Source of the DNA: Gemmatimonadales bacterium
Lineage (GTDB): Bacteria; Gemmatimonadota; Gemmatimonadetes; Gemmatimonadales; GWC2-71-9
Direction of reading: 5' to 3'
Length of the DNA stretch: 64,000 nucleotides
Assembly (NCBI GenBank): GCA_035279705.1
Contig: DATEHG010000111.1
Span: 39,101-103,100 of the forward strand
Position numbers and translations under genes: made by a program. The notes under the pieces were generated by a model that was given only the letters and a program-made list of their open reading frames with translations, was not told the origin of the DNA and ran no database searches. Shown here in pieces: positions 9,250 through 19,414 of the stretch; position 1 is the stretch's first letter; each line of letters starts with the position of its first letter.

Positions 9250-10112
9250 CAGCGACCGAACAGGTGGTACAGGATGGCGGCGGTGGGGATGACGAAGTAG
9301 AGGCTGTCCAGCCGGTCGAGCACGCCGCCGTGCCCGGGGATGAGCGCGCTCGAATCCTTGACCCCCGCCTCGCGCTTGAACAGCGATTCGGCGAGATCGC
9401 CGGTCTGGCCGACGATGCTCAGCACGAAGGCAAAGACCAGGGCCTCGGGGAGCGTGAGGGCCACACCGGTGGGCCGAAGGGCGAGTGAGTTGAACAGCGG
9501 GGCCGTCGCCAGGCCGCCGATGACTCCGGCCACGGCTCCCGAGCGCGTCTTTCCGGGGCTGATGGTGGGAGCCAGCTTGGGCCCGCCGATGGCGCGGCCG
9601 CCGAACATGGCGGCGGTGTCGCAGATCCAGGTCACCACGAGGGGAAAGAAGACCAGCCAGGCCCCGGCCCAGGACCGGGAGCCGCCGCCCATGGCGCGGA
9701 TGTCGAGCAAGAAGAGCGGCAGGGCACCGGAGTAGAGCACCCCGAAAAGCGTGATCGACGCCGCCGCCAGCGGCCGTTCACCGGGAGCGCGAAAGCGGAG
9801 CAGCAGCGTGAGAAGGAGGATGAGCCAGACCGCCGCGGCACCCGTCCAGAAACGGGCGACGAGCGTCGCCGTGCCGGGATCGGTGAGCGTGGCCTGCACC
9901 ACGAAGGGCAGTGCCGCGCAGGTCAGCAGCCCGAGCGTGCGGGAGGGTCGGACCGAGACTCGCGCCGCCAGGTCGTACAGTTCGCGGGTGCCCAGCACCG
10001 CGATGATCGCGACCAGCGCGGTGAGCAGCCAGCCGCCGATCCACACGACCGCCAGCGCCGCCGGGATGGCCACGGCGGCGAAACTCACCCGCCGGACAAT
10101 GTTGCCATCCAT
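9249..10112 (-). CDS. cdsA: Phosphatidate cytidylyltransferase
   Basis: ATG at aa 221 of ORF 9249..10772 gives MDGNIVRRVSFAAVAIPAAL... Multi-TM protein with C-terminal SLFKREAGVKDSSALIPGHGGVLDRLDS (CTP-transferase signature). Its stop overlaps the dxr start (ATGA). Confidence 0.85.
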   Translation of the reverse strand: MDGNIVRRVSFAAVAIPAALAVVWIGGWLLTALVAIIAVLGTRELYDLAARVSVRPSRTLGLLTCAALPFVVQATLTDPGTATLVARFWTGAAAVWLILLLTLLLRFRAPGERPLAAASITLFGVLYSGALPLFLLDIRAMGGGSRSWAGAWLVFFPLVVTWICDTAAMFGGRAIGGPKLAPTISPGKTRSGAVAGVIGGLATAPLFNSLALRPTGVALTLPEALVFAFVLSIVGQTGDLAESLFKREAGVKDSSALIPGHGGVLDRLDSLYFVIPTAAILYHLFGR

Positions 10113-10114
10113 GC

Positions 10115-10855
10115 TCAGACCGTGACCCGGCCGAACCGGCGCTCGCGGCGCTGAAAATCCAGGATCGCTTCGTAGAGGTCGCGGCGGGAGAAGTCCGGCC
10201 AGAACACCGACGTGACGTGGAACTCGGCGTAGGCCAGCTGCCAGAGGAGGAAATTGGAGATCCGCATCTCGCCCGAGGTCCGGATCAGGAGATCGGGATC
10301 GGGCCACGGTGCGGTATACAGCCGCTGGGCGATCGCATCCTCGTCGATGTCCGCCGGAGTCAGCCGGCCCGCCGCGACTTCCTCGGCCAGCTGGCGGGCC
10401 GCCCGGGTCAGCTCCGCCCGCGAGCTGTACGAGAGGCAGATGTTGAGGGCGAGCCGGGTGCCGCCGGCAGTGGTGGCCTCGAGCCGCTGGACCGAGGCCC
10501 GGGACGCCGGCCCCAGCCGGTCGAGGTCGCCGAGGAAGCGGACCGTGACACCCTGGGCGCGCAGCTCCTCCATCTCGCTGGCGATGTAATCCTCCAGGAG
10601 CGACATCAGCGCCTCGATCTCGGCGGGCGGGCGCTGCCAGTTCTCGGTGCTGAAGGCGAACAGCGTCAGGACTTCGATCCCGGCCGCCAGCGCTCCTTCC
10701 ACCACTTCGCGCACCGACTTCATCCCGGCCTGATGGCCGAACGGCCGGGGCAGCGCCCGCCCCCGCGCCCACCGGCCGTTGCCGTCCATGATGATGGCGA
10801 CGTGCTGCGGCACGGCACCATTGAGCTTGATCTGCCGAAGCAGGTCTTCGCTCAT
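10115..10855 (-). CDS. uppS: Undecaprenyl-diphosphate synthase
   Basis: 246 aa. HVAIIMDGNGRWA, FAFSTENWQRP and RTSGEMRISNFLLWQLAYAEF motifs. Confidence 0.93.
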   Translation of the reverse strand: MSEDLLRQIKLNGAVPQHVAIIMDGNGRWARGRALPRPFGHQAGMKSVREVVEGALAAGIEVLTLFAFSTENWQRPPAEIEALMSLLEDYIASEMEELRAQGVTVRFLGDLDRLGPASRASVQRLEATTAGGTRLALNICLSYSSRAELTRAARQLAEEVAAGRLTPADIDEDAIAQRLYTAPWPDPDLLIRTSGEMRISNFLLWQLAYAEFHVTSVFWPDFSRRDLYEAILDFQRRERRFGRVTV

Positions 10856-10860
10856 GGAGT

Positions 10861-11411
10861 TCAGACTTCCATGATCTCCGCCTCTTTGGCGGCGATCATC
10901 TGGTCGATCTGCTTGATGTGCTCGTCGGTGGATTTCTGCACGTCCTTCTCGGCCCGCGTCTTGTCGTCTTCGCTGATCTTCTCGACCTTCTTGACCTTGG
11001 CGATGGCCTCGCCCCGGGCATGCCGCACACCGACCTTCCCTTCCTCGGCCAGCTTGTGCACCAGCTTGACCATTTCCCGGCGCCGCTCCTCGTTGAGCGC
11101 GGGAATCGGCACCCGGATCAGGTTGCCCTGGGTCGCGGGATTGAGCCCGAGGTCGGAGTCACGGATGGCCTTCTCGATGGCCTGGGTGAGTCCCTTGTCG
11201 AAGGGCTGCACCGTCAGCAGCCGGGCCTCCGGCGCCGACACCATGCCCACCTGGTTGAGGGGCACGAGGCCGCCGTAGGCCTCGACGCGCACCAGGTCGA
11301 GCAGCGACGTCGTCGCCTTGCCGCTGCGGATGCCGGACAGCTCCCGCCGGGTGCTCTCGACGGACTTGTGCATCGCTTCCCTGGCGTGCTTGACCAGCTC
11401 GGGAATGGTGC

Positions 11412-11415
<4 letters not shown>
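10861..11415 (-). CDS. frr: Ribosome recycling factor
   Basis: 184 aa. [23 protein letters not shown]...[18 protein letters not shown] pattern of RRF. Confidence 0.95.
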
Positions 11416-12122
<707 letters not shown>

Positions 12123-12127
12123 CAGGC

Positions 12128-12994
12128 CTACTCCCCGACCTTGAACCGGGCGAAGCGGCGGACCGTCAGCGCGCCGCCGGCATCGCGGCCGGCCTCCTGG
12201 AGCAGCTGGCTCACGGTCTTGCTGTCGTCCCGCACGAACTTCTGGCCCAGCAGGGTCCGGTCGGACACGAATTTCTTGACCTTCCCCTCCACGATCTTGG
12301 CCCGGATGTTCTCCGGCTTTCCTTCCTCGGCCACCTGCTCCTGGGCGATGCGGCGCTCGCGCTCGATCACGTCGGCAGCCAGATCCGCCTCACTCACGGC
12401 CAGCGGCTGGGGATCGTGGGAGGCCACGTGCATCGAGACGTCCTTGCCGAGGCCGGAGAGCGCGTGACCGCGCGGCCCCTCGAGCTCGACCAGCACGGCC
12501 AGGCTGCCGTTGTGGTGCTCGTAGTGGGCCACGATGCCCTTGGGCGCCTCGAACCGGGCCACCCGGCGGAGCGCCATGGCCTCGCCGGTCGTACCGGAGA
12601 CCTGCTTGACCACCTCAGCGACCGTCGACCCGCGGAAGGACTGGGCATCGAGCACGCTGCCGGCATTGTCGCCGATCGGGGCGTGCTTGGCCGCGTGCTG
12701 GGCGAGCTCGCGCGCCAGCGCCATGAACTCCGTGGTGCGGGCCACGAAGTCCGTCTCGCAGTTGAGCTCGATCATCGCCGCGGCCGACTGGTCGGCCGCC
12801 GCCTCGACGATGACCAGCCCCTGCGAGGCGCCCCGCTCGGCCCGCTTTTCCGCCTTGGCGATGCCCTTCTTCCGGAGAATCTCGGCCGCCTTCTCCATGT
12901 CGCCGCCGGACTCCTCGAGCGCCTTCTTGCAATCCATCATGCCAGCCTGGGTCCGGGCCCGGAGCTCGGCGATCATCTTGGGCGTAATCTGCAT
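12128..12994 (-). CDS. tsf: Translation elongation factor Ts
   Basis: ATG at aa 23 of ORF 12128..13060 gives [44 protein letters not shown], the UBA-like N-terminus of EF-Ts. Confidence 0.93.
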   Translation of the reverse strand: MQITPKMIAELRARTQAGMMDCKKALEESGGDMEKAAEILRKKGIAKAEKRAERGASQGLVIVEAAADQSAAAMIELNCETDFVARTTEFMALARELAQHAAKHAPIGDNAGSVLDAQSFRGSTVAEVVKQVSGTTGEAMALRRVARFEAPKGIVAHYEHHNGSLAVLVELEGPRGHALSGLGKDVSMHVASHDPQPLAVSEADLAADVIERERRIAQEQVAEEGKPENIRAKIVEGKVKKFVSDRTLLGQKFVRDDSKTVSQLLQEAGRDAGGALTVRRFARFKVGE

Positions 12995-13020
12995 GGTCTC
13001 CACGTTCACATCCCTCTGGG

Positions 13021-13069
13021 TTTGATAGCAACACCGCTGCCCACGGCTCACACTGGCCACGGGCAGCGG
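13021..13069 (-). terminator. rpsB-tsf intergenic stem-loop (possible attenuator)
   Basis: The 9-bp stem CCGCTGCCC (13034-13042) pairs with GGGCAGCGG (13061-13069). In minus sense it is followed by UGUUGCUAUCAAA. It lies between the rpsB stop (13100) and the tsf start (12994). Confidence 0.45.
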
Positions 13070-13099
13070 CAGACTCCCGGGCGGTTCGCCCCAGGCGGC

Positions 13100-13993
13100 T
13101 TAGGCGCCGGCGTCCTCGGCCGCCGCGGGTTCGACGGCGGCTTCGCCGCCCTCTTCATCGTGCTTGAGGCGGGCCGCGATGGCTTCCGGCTTCGGCCGCC
13201 GCTTGCGGCGCGGCCGGCGCTTGCGGCGCTCGGCATCGGCATCGCCTTCGGTGCCGGCGTCGGTGCTGTAGGTCTCGGCCTCGGTGTCCTCGGTGGTTTC
13301 CTTCACGGGAGCCTGGGCCCGGGCTTCCTTCATCACGTCCGACAGCGCGTTGGTGATGAGGGAGACCGCGCGGATCGCGTCGTCGTTGCCGGGAATCGGC
13401 ACGGTGATCAGGTCGGGATCGGCGTTGGTGTCCACGATGGCCACCACCGGGATGCCGAGCTTGTTGGCCTCGGACACCGCGATGCGCTCCTTCTTGGCGT
13501 CCACCACGAACAGCACGCCGGGGAGCCGGTTCATCGTCTTCACGCCCTCGAGGTTGCGCGAGAGCTTTTCCCGCTCGCGCTCGAAGAGCAGCTTTTCCTT
13601 CTTGGTGTAGCTCTCGAAATCGCCGTCCTGGGCACCCTGCTCGAGGTCACGCAGCCGCCGGACCTGCTTCTTGATGGTCTGGAAGTTGGTGAGCATGCCG
13701 CCCAGCCAGCGCTCGGTCACGTAGTAGCCACCGCACGCGGCGGCCTCGGCCTGGACCACGGCCTTGAGCTGCTTCTTGGTGCAGACGAAGAGCACCCCGT
13801 CGCCCTTGAGGACGACGCTCTTGAGCAGTTCCTGCGCCTTCTGGATCTGGCGCAGCGTTTTCTGCAGGTCGATGATGTAGATGCCAGAACGCTCGGCGAA
13901 GATGAACCGGCGCATCTTCGGATTCCAGCGGCGGGTCTGGTGGCCGAAATGAACGCCGGCCTCGAGGAGGTCCTGCAGCTGCGGCTGTGCCAT
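13100..13993 (-). CDS. rpsB: 30S ribosomal protein S2 with acidic/basic C-terminal tail
   Basis: 297 aa. LLEAGVHFGHQTRRWNPKM...FVVDAKKERIAVSEANKLGIPVVAIVDTN. Confidence 0.95.
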   Translation of the reverse strand: MAQPQLQDLLEAGVHFGHQTRRWNPKMRRFIFAERSGIYIIDLQKTLRQIQKAQELLKSVVLKGDGVLFVCTKKQLKAVVQAEAAACGGYYVTERWLGGMLTNFQTIKKQVRRLRDLEQGAQDGDFESYTKKEKLLFEREREKLSRNLEGVKTMNRLPGVLFVVDAKKERIAVSEANKLGIPVVAIVDTNADPDLITVPIPGNDDAIRAVSLITNALSDVMKEARAQAPVKETTEDTEAETYSTDAGTEGDADAERRKRRPRRKRRPKPEAIAARLKHDEEGGEAAVEPAAAEDAGA

Positions 13994-14173
13994 GCGGTGC
14001 CTGTGGTCCTTGCTCTGCTCGGGTTGAGTCCTCCGCCGCTTTCATCTTTCCGGCTGATCCCGCGGGTCGAGCCCTCGGGACACCCAGCCGGAAATCCAGC
14101 GGCGTGCGGGATGCGCGCCAGCGCGGCGCGCGGGGCAGACGGGCCATGTGCCCCTCCGCCCGGCAAGCGGGTT

Positions 14174-14575
14174 CTACCGCTTGCTGAACTGGAACCGCTT
14201 CCGGGCGCCTGCGCGGCCCGGCTTCTTGCGCTCGACGGCGCGGGGGTCGCGGGTCAGGAGTCCGGCGGTCCGGAGCTTGGTGCGGTGGATACCGTCGGCC
14301 TCGACCAGCGCGCGGGCAATGGCCAGGCGCATGGCGCCGGCCTGACCGGTCTGGCCGCCGCCGTTCACGTGGGCCTTCACATCGAAGGCGCCCAGCGTGT
14401 CCGTCGCGGAAAACGACTGCTGAATGTGCTGAACCAGGGAAGGACGGGGGAAGTAGTCACCCAGCGTGCGACCGTTGATGTCCCACTTGCCGGTGCCGGG
14501 GGTCAGGTACACCCGGGCTACGCTGGTCTTGCGGCGGCCGACGGCCTGCCAACGGAACTGCGGAGTAGCGGTCAT
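14174..14575 (-). CDS. rpsI: 30S ribosomal protein S9
   Basis: 133 aa. GGGQTGQAGAMRLAIARAL...LTRDPRAVERKKPGRAGARKRFQFSKR. Confidence 0.95.
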   Translation of the reverse strand: MTATPQFRWQAVGRRKTSVARVYLTPGTGKWDINGRTLGDYFPRPSLVQHIQQSFSATDTLGAFDVKAHVNGGGQTGQAGAMRLAIARALVEADGIHRTKLRTAGLLTRDPRAVERKKPGRAGARKRFQFSKR

Positions 14576-14584
14576 CCCGATCCC

Positions 14585-15022
14585 TTAGTTGGTAACGGCG
14601 AACGGCGCCGGCTGCTGAGCCTGGTGCGGATGCTCGGCCCCGCCGTACACCTTGAGCTTGCCGCGCAGGTGCTGCTTGGCCAGCGAGTTCTTGGGCAGCA
14701 TCCCGAAAACGGCCTTCTCGATCACCCGCTCGGGAAACTTGGCCAGCATTTCATTGACCGGCGTAAACCGCTCGTGACCCATGTAGCCGGTGTGCCGGAA
14801 GTAGCTCTTCTGCTCCATCTTGCGGCCGGACAGCTTCACCTTCGAGGCGTTGATGACCACCACGAAATCGCCCCCATCCATGTGGGGAGTGAAGGTCGGC
14901 TTGTGCTTGCCGCGGATCAGCTGAGCCACCTGGCTGGCCAGCCGGCCCAGCGGCACGCCGGCGGCGTCCACCACGACCCAGTCGTGGGAAATGTCGGTCG
15001 GAGTGGCAGAAAAAGTCTTCAT
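14585..15022 (-). CDS. rplM: 50S ribosomal protein L13
   Basis: ATG at aa 11 of ORF 14585..15052 gives MKTFSATPTDISHDWVVVDAAGVPLGRLASQVAQLIRGKHKPTFTPH. Confidence 0.93.
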   Translation of the reverse strand: MKTFSATPTDISHDWVVVDAAGVPLGRLASQVAQLIRGKHKPTFTPHMDGGDFVVVINASKVKLSGRKMEQKSYFRHTGYMGHERFTPVNEMLAKFPERVIEKAVFGMLPKNSLAKQHLRGKLKVYGGAEHPHQAQQPAPFAVTN

Positions 15023-15096
15023 CGTACGGCGGCCCCGATTGTGAAAAGCCAAATTGCGACACAGACTTGAAAACTAGCCTCCCTGAACGGGTTAGG

Positions 15097-15597
15097 TCAA
15101 GGGTCGGCGAACTCGATCAGGACCTCGCCCTTCTCCACGGCCTGGCCGGTCCGGACCCGGATTGCCTTGACCGTTCCCTCCCCCGAAGCCCGGAGTTCAT
15201 TCTCCATTTTCATGGCTTCGAGGACCAGCAAACTGGCTCCCGCTGCCACCTTCTGACCCTCTGAGACCGGAATTCGGACCACCAGGCCCGGCATCGGGGC
15301 CTTGAGTGACCCGGCGCCACGCTGCTTGCCGGTCTGGCCTGTGAGACTCCGGATGTGGCGGGTCCGTTCGTCGACAATCTCGATTTCCCGGCGATCGCCG
15401 TGCCGGGCCACCTGCCAGCGCCCCTTCCCGCCTTCAATCGCCAGGGTCACCGAGCGATCGCCGACCAGCAGATGACGGAGCGGGGTACCGGGAACGGTCT
15501 CCAGATGGGCGGTGTACTCCTGGCCCTCGGCGCGGATCCGGTCGCCGTCCACTTCGATCACGAATTCCCGGCCGTCCACCGTGACGAAATACTTCAT
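15097..15597 (-). CDS. Biotin carboxyl carrier (biotinyl/lipoyl-domain) protein
   Basis: 166 aa. The C-terminal domain has LVLEAMKMENEL (AMKM biotinylation motif). Confidence 0.8.
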   Translation of the reverse strand: MKYFVTVDGREFVIEVDGDRIRAEGQEYTAHLETVPGTPLRHLLVGDRSVTLAIEGGKGRWQVARHGDRREIEIVDERTRHIRSLTGQTGKQRGAGSLKAPMPGLVVRIPVSEGQKVAAGASLLVLEAMKMENELRASGEGTVKAIRVRTGQAVEKGEVLIEFADP

Positions 15598-16850
15598 GCC
15601 GCCTCCAGCAGGGCCACACTCTCGACGTGGGACGTCTGCGGAAAGAGATCGAAGCTCCGCACGCCGCTGAGGCGGAGTGGCCGGGCGGCATCCGGCGCGA
15701 GCAGCCGGGCCAGATCTCGAGCCAGAGTCGCCGGGTCGCAGGAGATGTAGACCAGCCGCACCGGCGTCACGCGCCTGATCGCGGAGACGACCTGGGCATC
15801 CATCCCGGTCCGAGGCGGATTGGTAATGATCAGGTCAGGTGCCGGCAGCCGCCCGACGACCGCCTCCACGGCGCCCGTGTGCCGGCGGACTCCGGGCGCA
15901 ACCGCGGGCCCTGCCGCCGATACGGCCCGTCCGTCGATCTCCACGCTCTCGACCCGGGCGCCCGCCTCGAGCAGGGCGCTGGTCGTTTCGCCGATGCCGG
16001 CGTAAAGATCCCAGACGAGCTGATCTCTGGCGGCATCGAGCAGCTGCAGCGCGTGGCGGCGCACCCGGTCTCCCATGGCGGGGTGAACCTGCTCGAACGC
16101 CGTGGCGGGGTAGGCATCGCTCTCGCCGGAAACCACACGGGCGGCGCCGCCCTCGGGCCGCCACCAGATGGTGAGCGGCTGGCCCAGCTCTACCATCGCC
16201 CGCCGCAACTCGACGGCGCCGCTCCAGGCTGGCCCGGGCCCAGCCTCGACGATCAGGTGGCGGGCGCCATCGCGCGCGAGGCGGAGCACCAGGCGTTCCG
16301 CATGCGGCGGCAACAAGCCACGATGGCCGCTCAGCGCCGCCCACAGGGTGTTGAGCTCTTCGGCCGCGATCTCGCAGCGCTCCAGATCGAATAGCCTGTC
16401 CGGCTGCCCGAGCTTGTGAAGTCCGATCACCCGGCCGCCCGCCCGCATGCCGAGCGTGAGCCTGGTGCGATACCCCCATTCGACATCGGACGGTTCGATA
16501 CCGGGGTTCGGCGTCTCGAGGCGCGCCAGCCGGCGCAGGGCCTCGCCCACGACGGCGCTGCGGACTTCACGCTGGCCTCGAGACGACAGGTGCTGCAGCT
16601 GGCAGCCACCGCACTGATCGCGATCATAGTGCACGCAGCGTGGCGCCACCCGGTCGGGTCCCGGTTCGATCAGCCGCCCCGGTCTGGCCCGGGCAAAGCG
16701 TGCCTTGCGCTCTACCTCGACCGCCTCGACGAGATCCCCGGGTGCGGTGCGCGGGATGAACACCGCTCGTCCGTCCGCGAGGCGCCCGACGCCCTCGCCG
16801 CCGGCGGCGATCGCGCTGATCCGGACCGCCTCTCCCTGCGCCGTCGTCAC
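15594..16850 (-). CDS. RumA/TrmA-family SAM-dependent RNA (uracil-5)-methyltransferase with TRAM domain and Cys cluster
   Basis: 418 aa. N-terminal TRAM-like beta domain, CVHYDRDQCGGCQLQHL cysteine cluster, DLYAGIG SAM motif, NPPRTG, ISCDPATLARD and DLFPQTSHVE. 4-nt overlaps with both neighbours. Confidence 0.8.
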   Translation of the reverse strand: MTTAQGEAVRISAIAAGGEGVGRLADGRAVFIPRTAPGDLVEAVEVERKARFARARPGRLIEPGPDRVAPRCVHYDRDQCGGCQLQHLSSRGQREVRSAVVGEALRRLARLETPNPGIEPSDVEWGYRTRLTLGMRAGGRVIGLHKLGQPDRLFDLERCEIAAEELNTLWAALSGHRGLLPPHAERLVLRLARDGARHLIVEAGPGPAWSGAVELRRAMVELGQPLTIWWRPEGGAARVVSGESDAYPATAFEQVHPAMGDRVRRHALQLLDAARDQLVWDLYAGIGETTSALLEAGARVESVEIDGRAVSAAGPAVAPGVRRHTGAVEAVVGRLPAPDLIITNPPRTGMDAQVVSAIRRVTPVRLVYISCDPATLARDLARLLAPDAARPLRLSGVRSFDLFPQTSHVESVALLEAA

Positions 16851-18349
16851 GAACGCATCCCTTCCGCCCGTGCGGCGCGGAGCCAGTTGCCTGAGGATGC
16901 CGGGCTCCCGTCCTCCGGAACCACCGCGCGGCGGGACTGGCGCGCTTCCTCTTCCGCGAGGGCCACCGCAATGGCCAGGTCGAGTGCCCCGGAAGGATCG
17001 GCAGAGTGGGCCATGAGATCGGGACGCCGATCGAGCAGCTGGCTGTCGATGGCGCCGTTGAGGAAATCGGGGTCCTGCATCAGGCGGATGTGAAACAGCT
17101 GGTTCGTGGCGACACCCACCACCACCAGTTCTTCGAGCGCCCGGCGCATCCGCACGATGGCGTCGTGCCGGTTCCGGCCCCAGACGATGATCTTGCCCAG
17201 GAGCGAGTCGTAGAACAGGGTGACATCATTGCCGGTCTCGAACCCGCCGTCCCAGCGCACTCCGGGCCCCGAGGGGGGCCGCAGCAGATCGAGATGGCCC
17301 GTCGCCGGGAGGAATCCGTTCGCCGCGTCCTCGCTGGTGATCCGGCACTCGATCGCCCAGCCCCGCGGCACGAGCGGGCCCGCCGGTACCCGCATCGGCT
17401 GCCCCGACGCGATGCGCAGCTGCTCGCGGACCAGGTCGACGCCGTAGACCAGCTCAGTCACCGGGTGCTCGACCTGGATCCGGGTGTTCATCTCCAGGAA
17501 ATAGAAGGAGCCATCGGCGGCCAGCAGGAATTCGCAGGTCCCGGCGCCGCGATAGTCTACCGCCGCCGCCGCGGCCACCGCCGCCTGCCCCATTGCCTCG
17601 CGCAGTGCGGCATTCACCGCGACGGAGGGGGCTTCCTCGACCAGCTTCTGGTGGCGGCGCTGGATCGAGCACTCCCGCTCACCGAGGTGCACGGTGCGGG
17701 TGGCGTCCGCCAGCACCTGGATTTCGACGTGGCGGGGCCGCTCGACGTACTTCTCGAGATAGACGGCCGCATCCCCGAACGCCTTGAGCGCCTCAGACGC
17801 GGCGAGTTCGAGGGCGGGCTTGAGATCGCCCGGTTCGCGCACCACCCGCATTCCCTTGCCGCCGCCGCCCGCCGCAGCTTTGACCAGCACGGGAAAACCG
17901 ATTTCCGCCGCGGCGCGGGCCGCGGCGGCCGCATCGGTAATCGGCACCGTGAGGCCCGGGACGATCGGGACGCCCGCCGCGGCCATCCGACGCCGAGCCT
18001 CCGTCTTGTCGCCCATCGCGTGAATGGCCTCGGCGCTCGGACCGACGAAGATCAACCCCGCGTCCGTTACCGCCCTGGCGAAGTGCGCCCGCTCGGCGAG
18101 AAATCCATATCCCGGATGAATGGCGTCGGCACCGCTCTGGCGCGCCGCTTCGAGGAGCCGGGCCACGTTGAGATAGCTCTCGGCGGGTGGGGAGGCGCCG
18201 ATCGGCACCGCCAGGTCGGCGGACCGGACATGGGGACTGAGCCGGTCCGCCTCGGAATAGACCGCCACTGCCTCGAGGGCTTCCTCGTGGCAGGCGCGAA
18301 TGATCCGGAGCGCAATCTCGCCCCGGTTGGCTACGAGCACCCGCTTCAT
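16847..18349 (-). CDS. Biotin carboxylase subunit of an acyl-CoA carboxylase
   Basis: 500 aa. MKRVLVANRGEIALRIIRAC, ATP-grasp GGGGKGMRVV and EMNTRIQVEHPVTE motifs. It has no fused BCCP domain. Confidence 0.9.
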   Translation of the reverse strand: MKRVLVANRGEIALRIIRACHEEALEAVAVYSEADRLSPHVRSADLAVPIGASPPAESYLNVARLLEAARQSGADAIHPGYGFLAERAHFARAVTDAGLIFVGPSAEAIHAMGDKTEARRRMAAAGVPIVPGLTVPITDAAAAARAAAEIGFPVLVKAAAGGGGKGMRVVREPGDLKPALELAASEALKAFGDAAVYLEKYVERPRHVEIQVLADATRTVHLGERECSIQRRHQKLVEEAPSVAVNAALREAMGQAAVAAAAAVDYRGAGTCEFLLAADGSFYFLEMNTRIQVEHPVTELVYGVDLVREQLRIASGQPMRVPAGPLVPRGWAIECRITSEDAANGFLPATGHLDLLRPPSGPGVRWDGGFETGNDVTLFYDSLLGKIIVWGRNRHDAIVRMRRALEELVVVGVATNQLFHIRLMQDPDFLNGAIDSQLLDRRPDLMAHSADPSGALDLAIAVALAEEEARQSRRAVVPEDGSPASSGNWLRAARAEGMRS

Positions 18350-18377
18350 CGCTGATTACTGGGAAAGAACGGGAAGG

Positions 18378-19382
18378 TCAGTGGCCGCAGGGAGCGCCGG
18401 TGCCGTCCACCGCTGCAAGCGTGCCGGCACAGAGGGCAGGATTGCGCCGCGCCGCCGCGCGATAGACATCGAGGACTGCCCCGACCCAGGTGGCGCCGCC
18501 ATCGTGCTCCACGGTAAGCAGGTCGGAAACTGTCAGGGCCTCGGCGAGGCGATCCGGCGCGGTGTTGCTGGCGACGCGGACCAGGCGCCACGGCGTGAGC
18601 GTTGCCGTGCCCGCGAGAGAGTCATCCGCTCCCGGCGTGAGGCAGAGCGCCCGGTGCGCAGAGGCAGAGGTGAGGGCCACGGAGAGCGGCTGCGCGGTGT
18701 CGGACTCGAGCATCTTCGCGACCCGGCTCCGGTAGCTCCGGTCGACCGCATAGAGGTCGGGGCGCACCAGCAGCAGGTCCTGGCGACGGTCTCCCACCAC
18801 GACCGTGTACCAGGCGGCCACCGCCTCGAGATCGCTGCCGGTCACGATGATCGCGTGCGCGGGACAGGAGCGGACCAGGTTACGGCCCAACTCGAGCACG
18901 AATGGCGGCAGGGCCGGCACGTCCAGCGCCCCGCGCCCCTGGGGAACGATCCAGCCTGCCTCTTCGATCGGGCTGATGGCTCGATCCATCTCGACCATGC
19001 CGCGCACGACCCGGGCGGTGTCGAACCCGAGACGGATGGCCTGTTCGAAGGCGGTCGCTGCGAAATCGAGGTAGATGGCGGCGTCTGGATCGCCGAGATG
19101 ACCTTCGTGGTGCCAGGCACGGCCGTCCAGCAGATAGAAGCGTCCCAACTCGAACCACGCCCGCCCATCATCCGGGGCCGTCGCGAGGTAGCGGCCCAGC
19201 ATCTCGGTGGCCTGCCCCCTTGCGCCCTGACGTTCCATGGCCACGGCACGAGTGGCCACCGTGGGATCGATGGCGCCCTGTGCCATGAGTGACGTCAGCG
19301 GGGCTGCCAGCGCGAACAGCGCGACACTCCAGACTTGGCGGCTGGGATTTCGGGAAGGGCGAGCGGGGGTATCCTGCGGCAC
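18378..19382 (-). CDS. Hypothetical secreted protein (signal-peptide-like N-terminus, helical-repeat-like start)
   Basis: 334 aa. WSVALFALAAPLTSLMAQG signal-like segment and coherent amino-acid composition. Sits between the carboxyltransferase and biotin carboxylase genes. No motif recognised. Confidence 0.55.
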   Translation of the reverse strand: MPQDTPARPSRNPSRQVWSVALFALAAPLTSLMAQGAIDPTVATRAVAMERQGARGQATEMLGRYLATAPDDGRAWFELGRFYLLDGRAWHHEGHLGDPDAAIYLDFAATAFEQAIRLGFDTARVVRGMVEMDRAISPIEEAGWIVPQGRGALDVPALPPFVLELGRNLVRSCPAHAIIVTGSDLEAVAAWYTVVVGDRRQDLLLVRPDLYAVDRSYRSRVAKMLESDTAQPLSVALTSASAHRALCLTPGADDSLAGTATLTPWRLVRVASNTAPDRLAEALTVSDLLTVEHDGGATWVGAVLDVYRAAARRNPALCAGTLAAVDGTGAPCGH

Positions 19383-19414
19383 GCTCGAAACTTAGGCCTC
19401 GGTACGCCAGTCCG

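Noticed and set aside
9249-10772. Full-length ORF-track entries taken at face value: 507 aa for cdsA, 669 aa for rseP (6734..8743), 521 aa for aroA (25263..26828), 739 aa for GH15 (28927..31146), 310 aa for tsf and 949 aa for the capsid fusion (45250..48099).
   Set aside because: The N-terminal extensions overlap the upstream conserved gene in another frame and are compositionally junk. Internal starts that restore the family-typical N-terminus, often with ATGA/TGATG coupling, were used instead.
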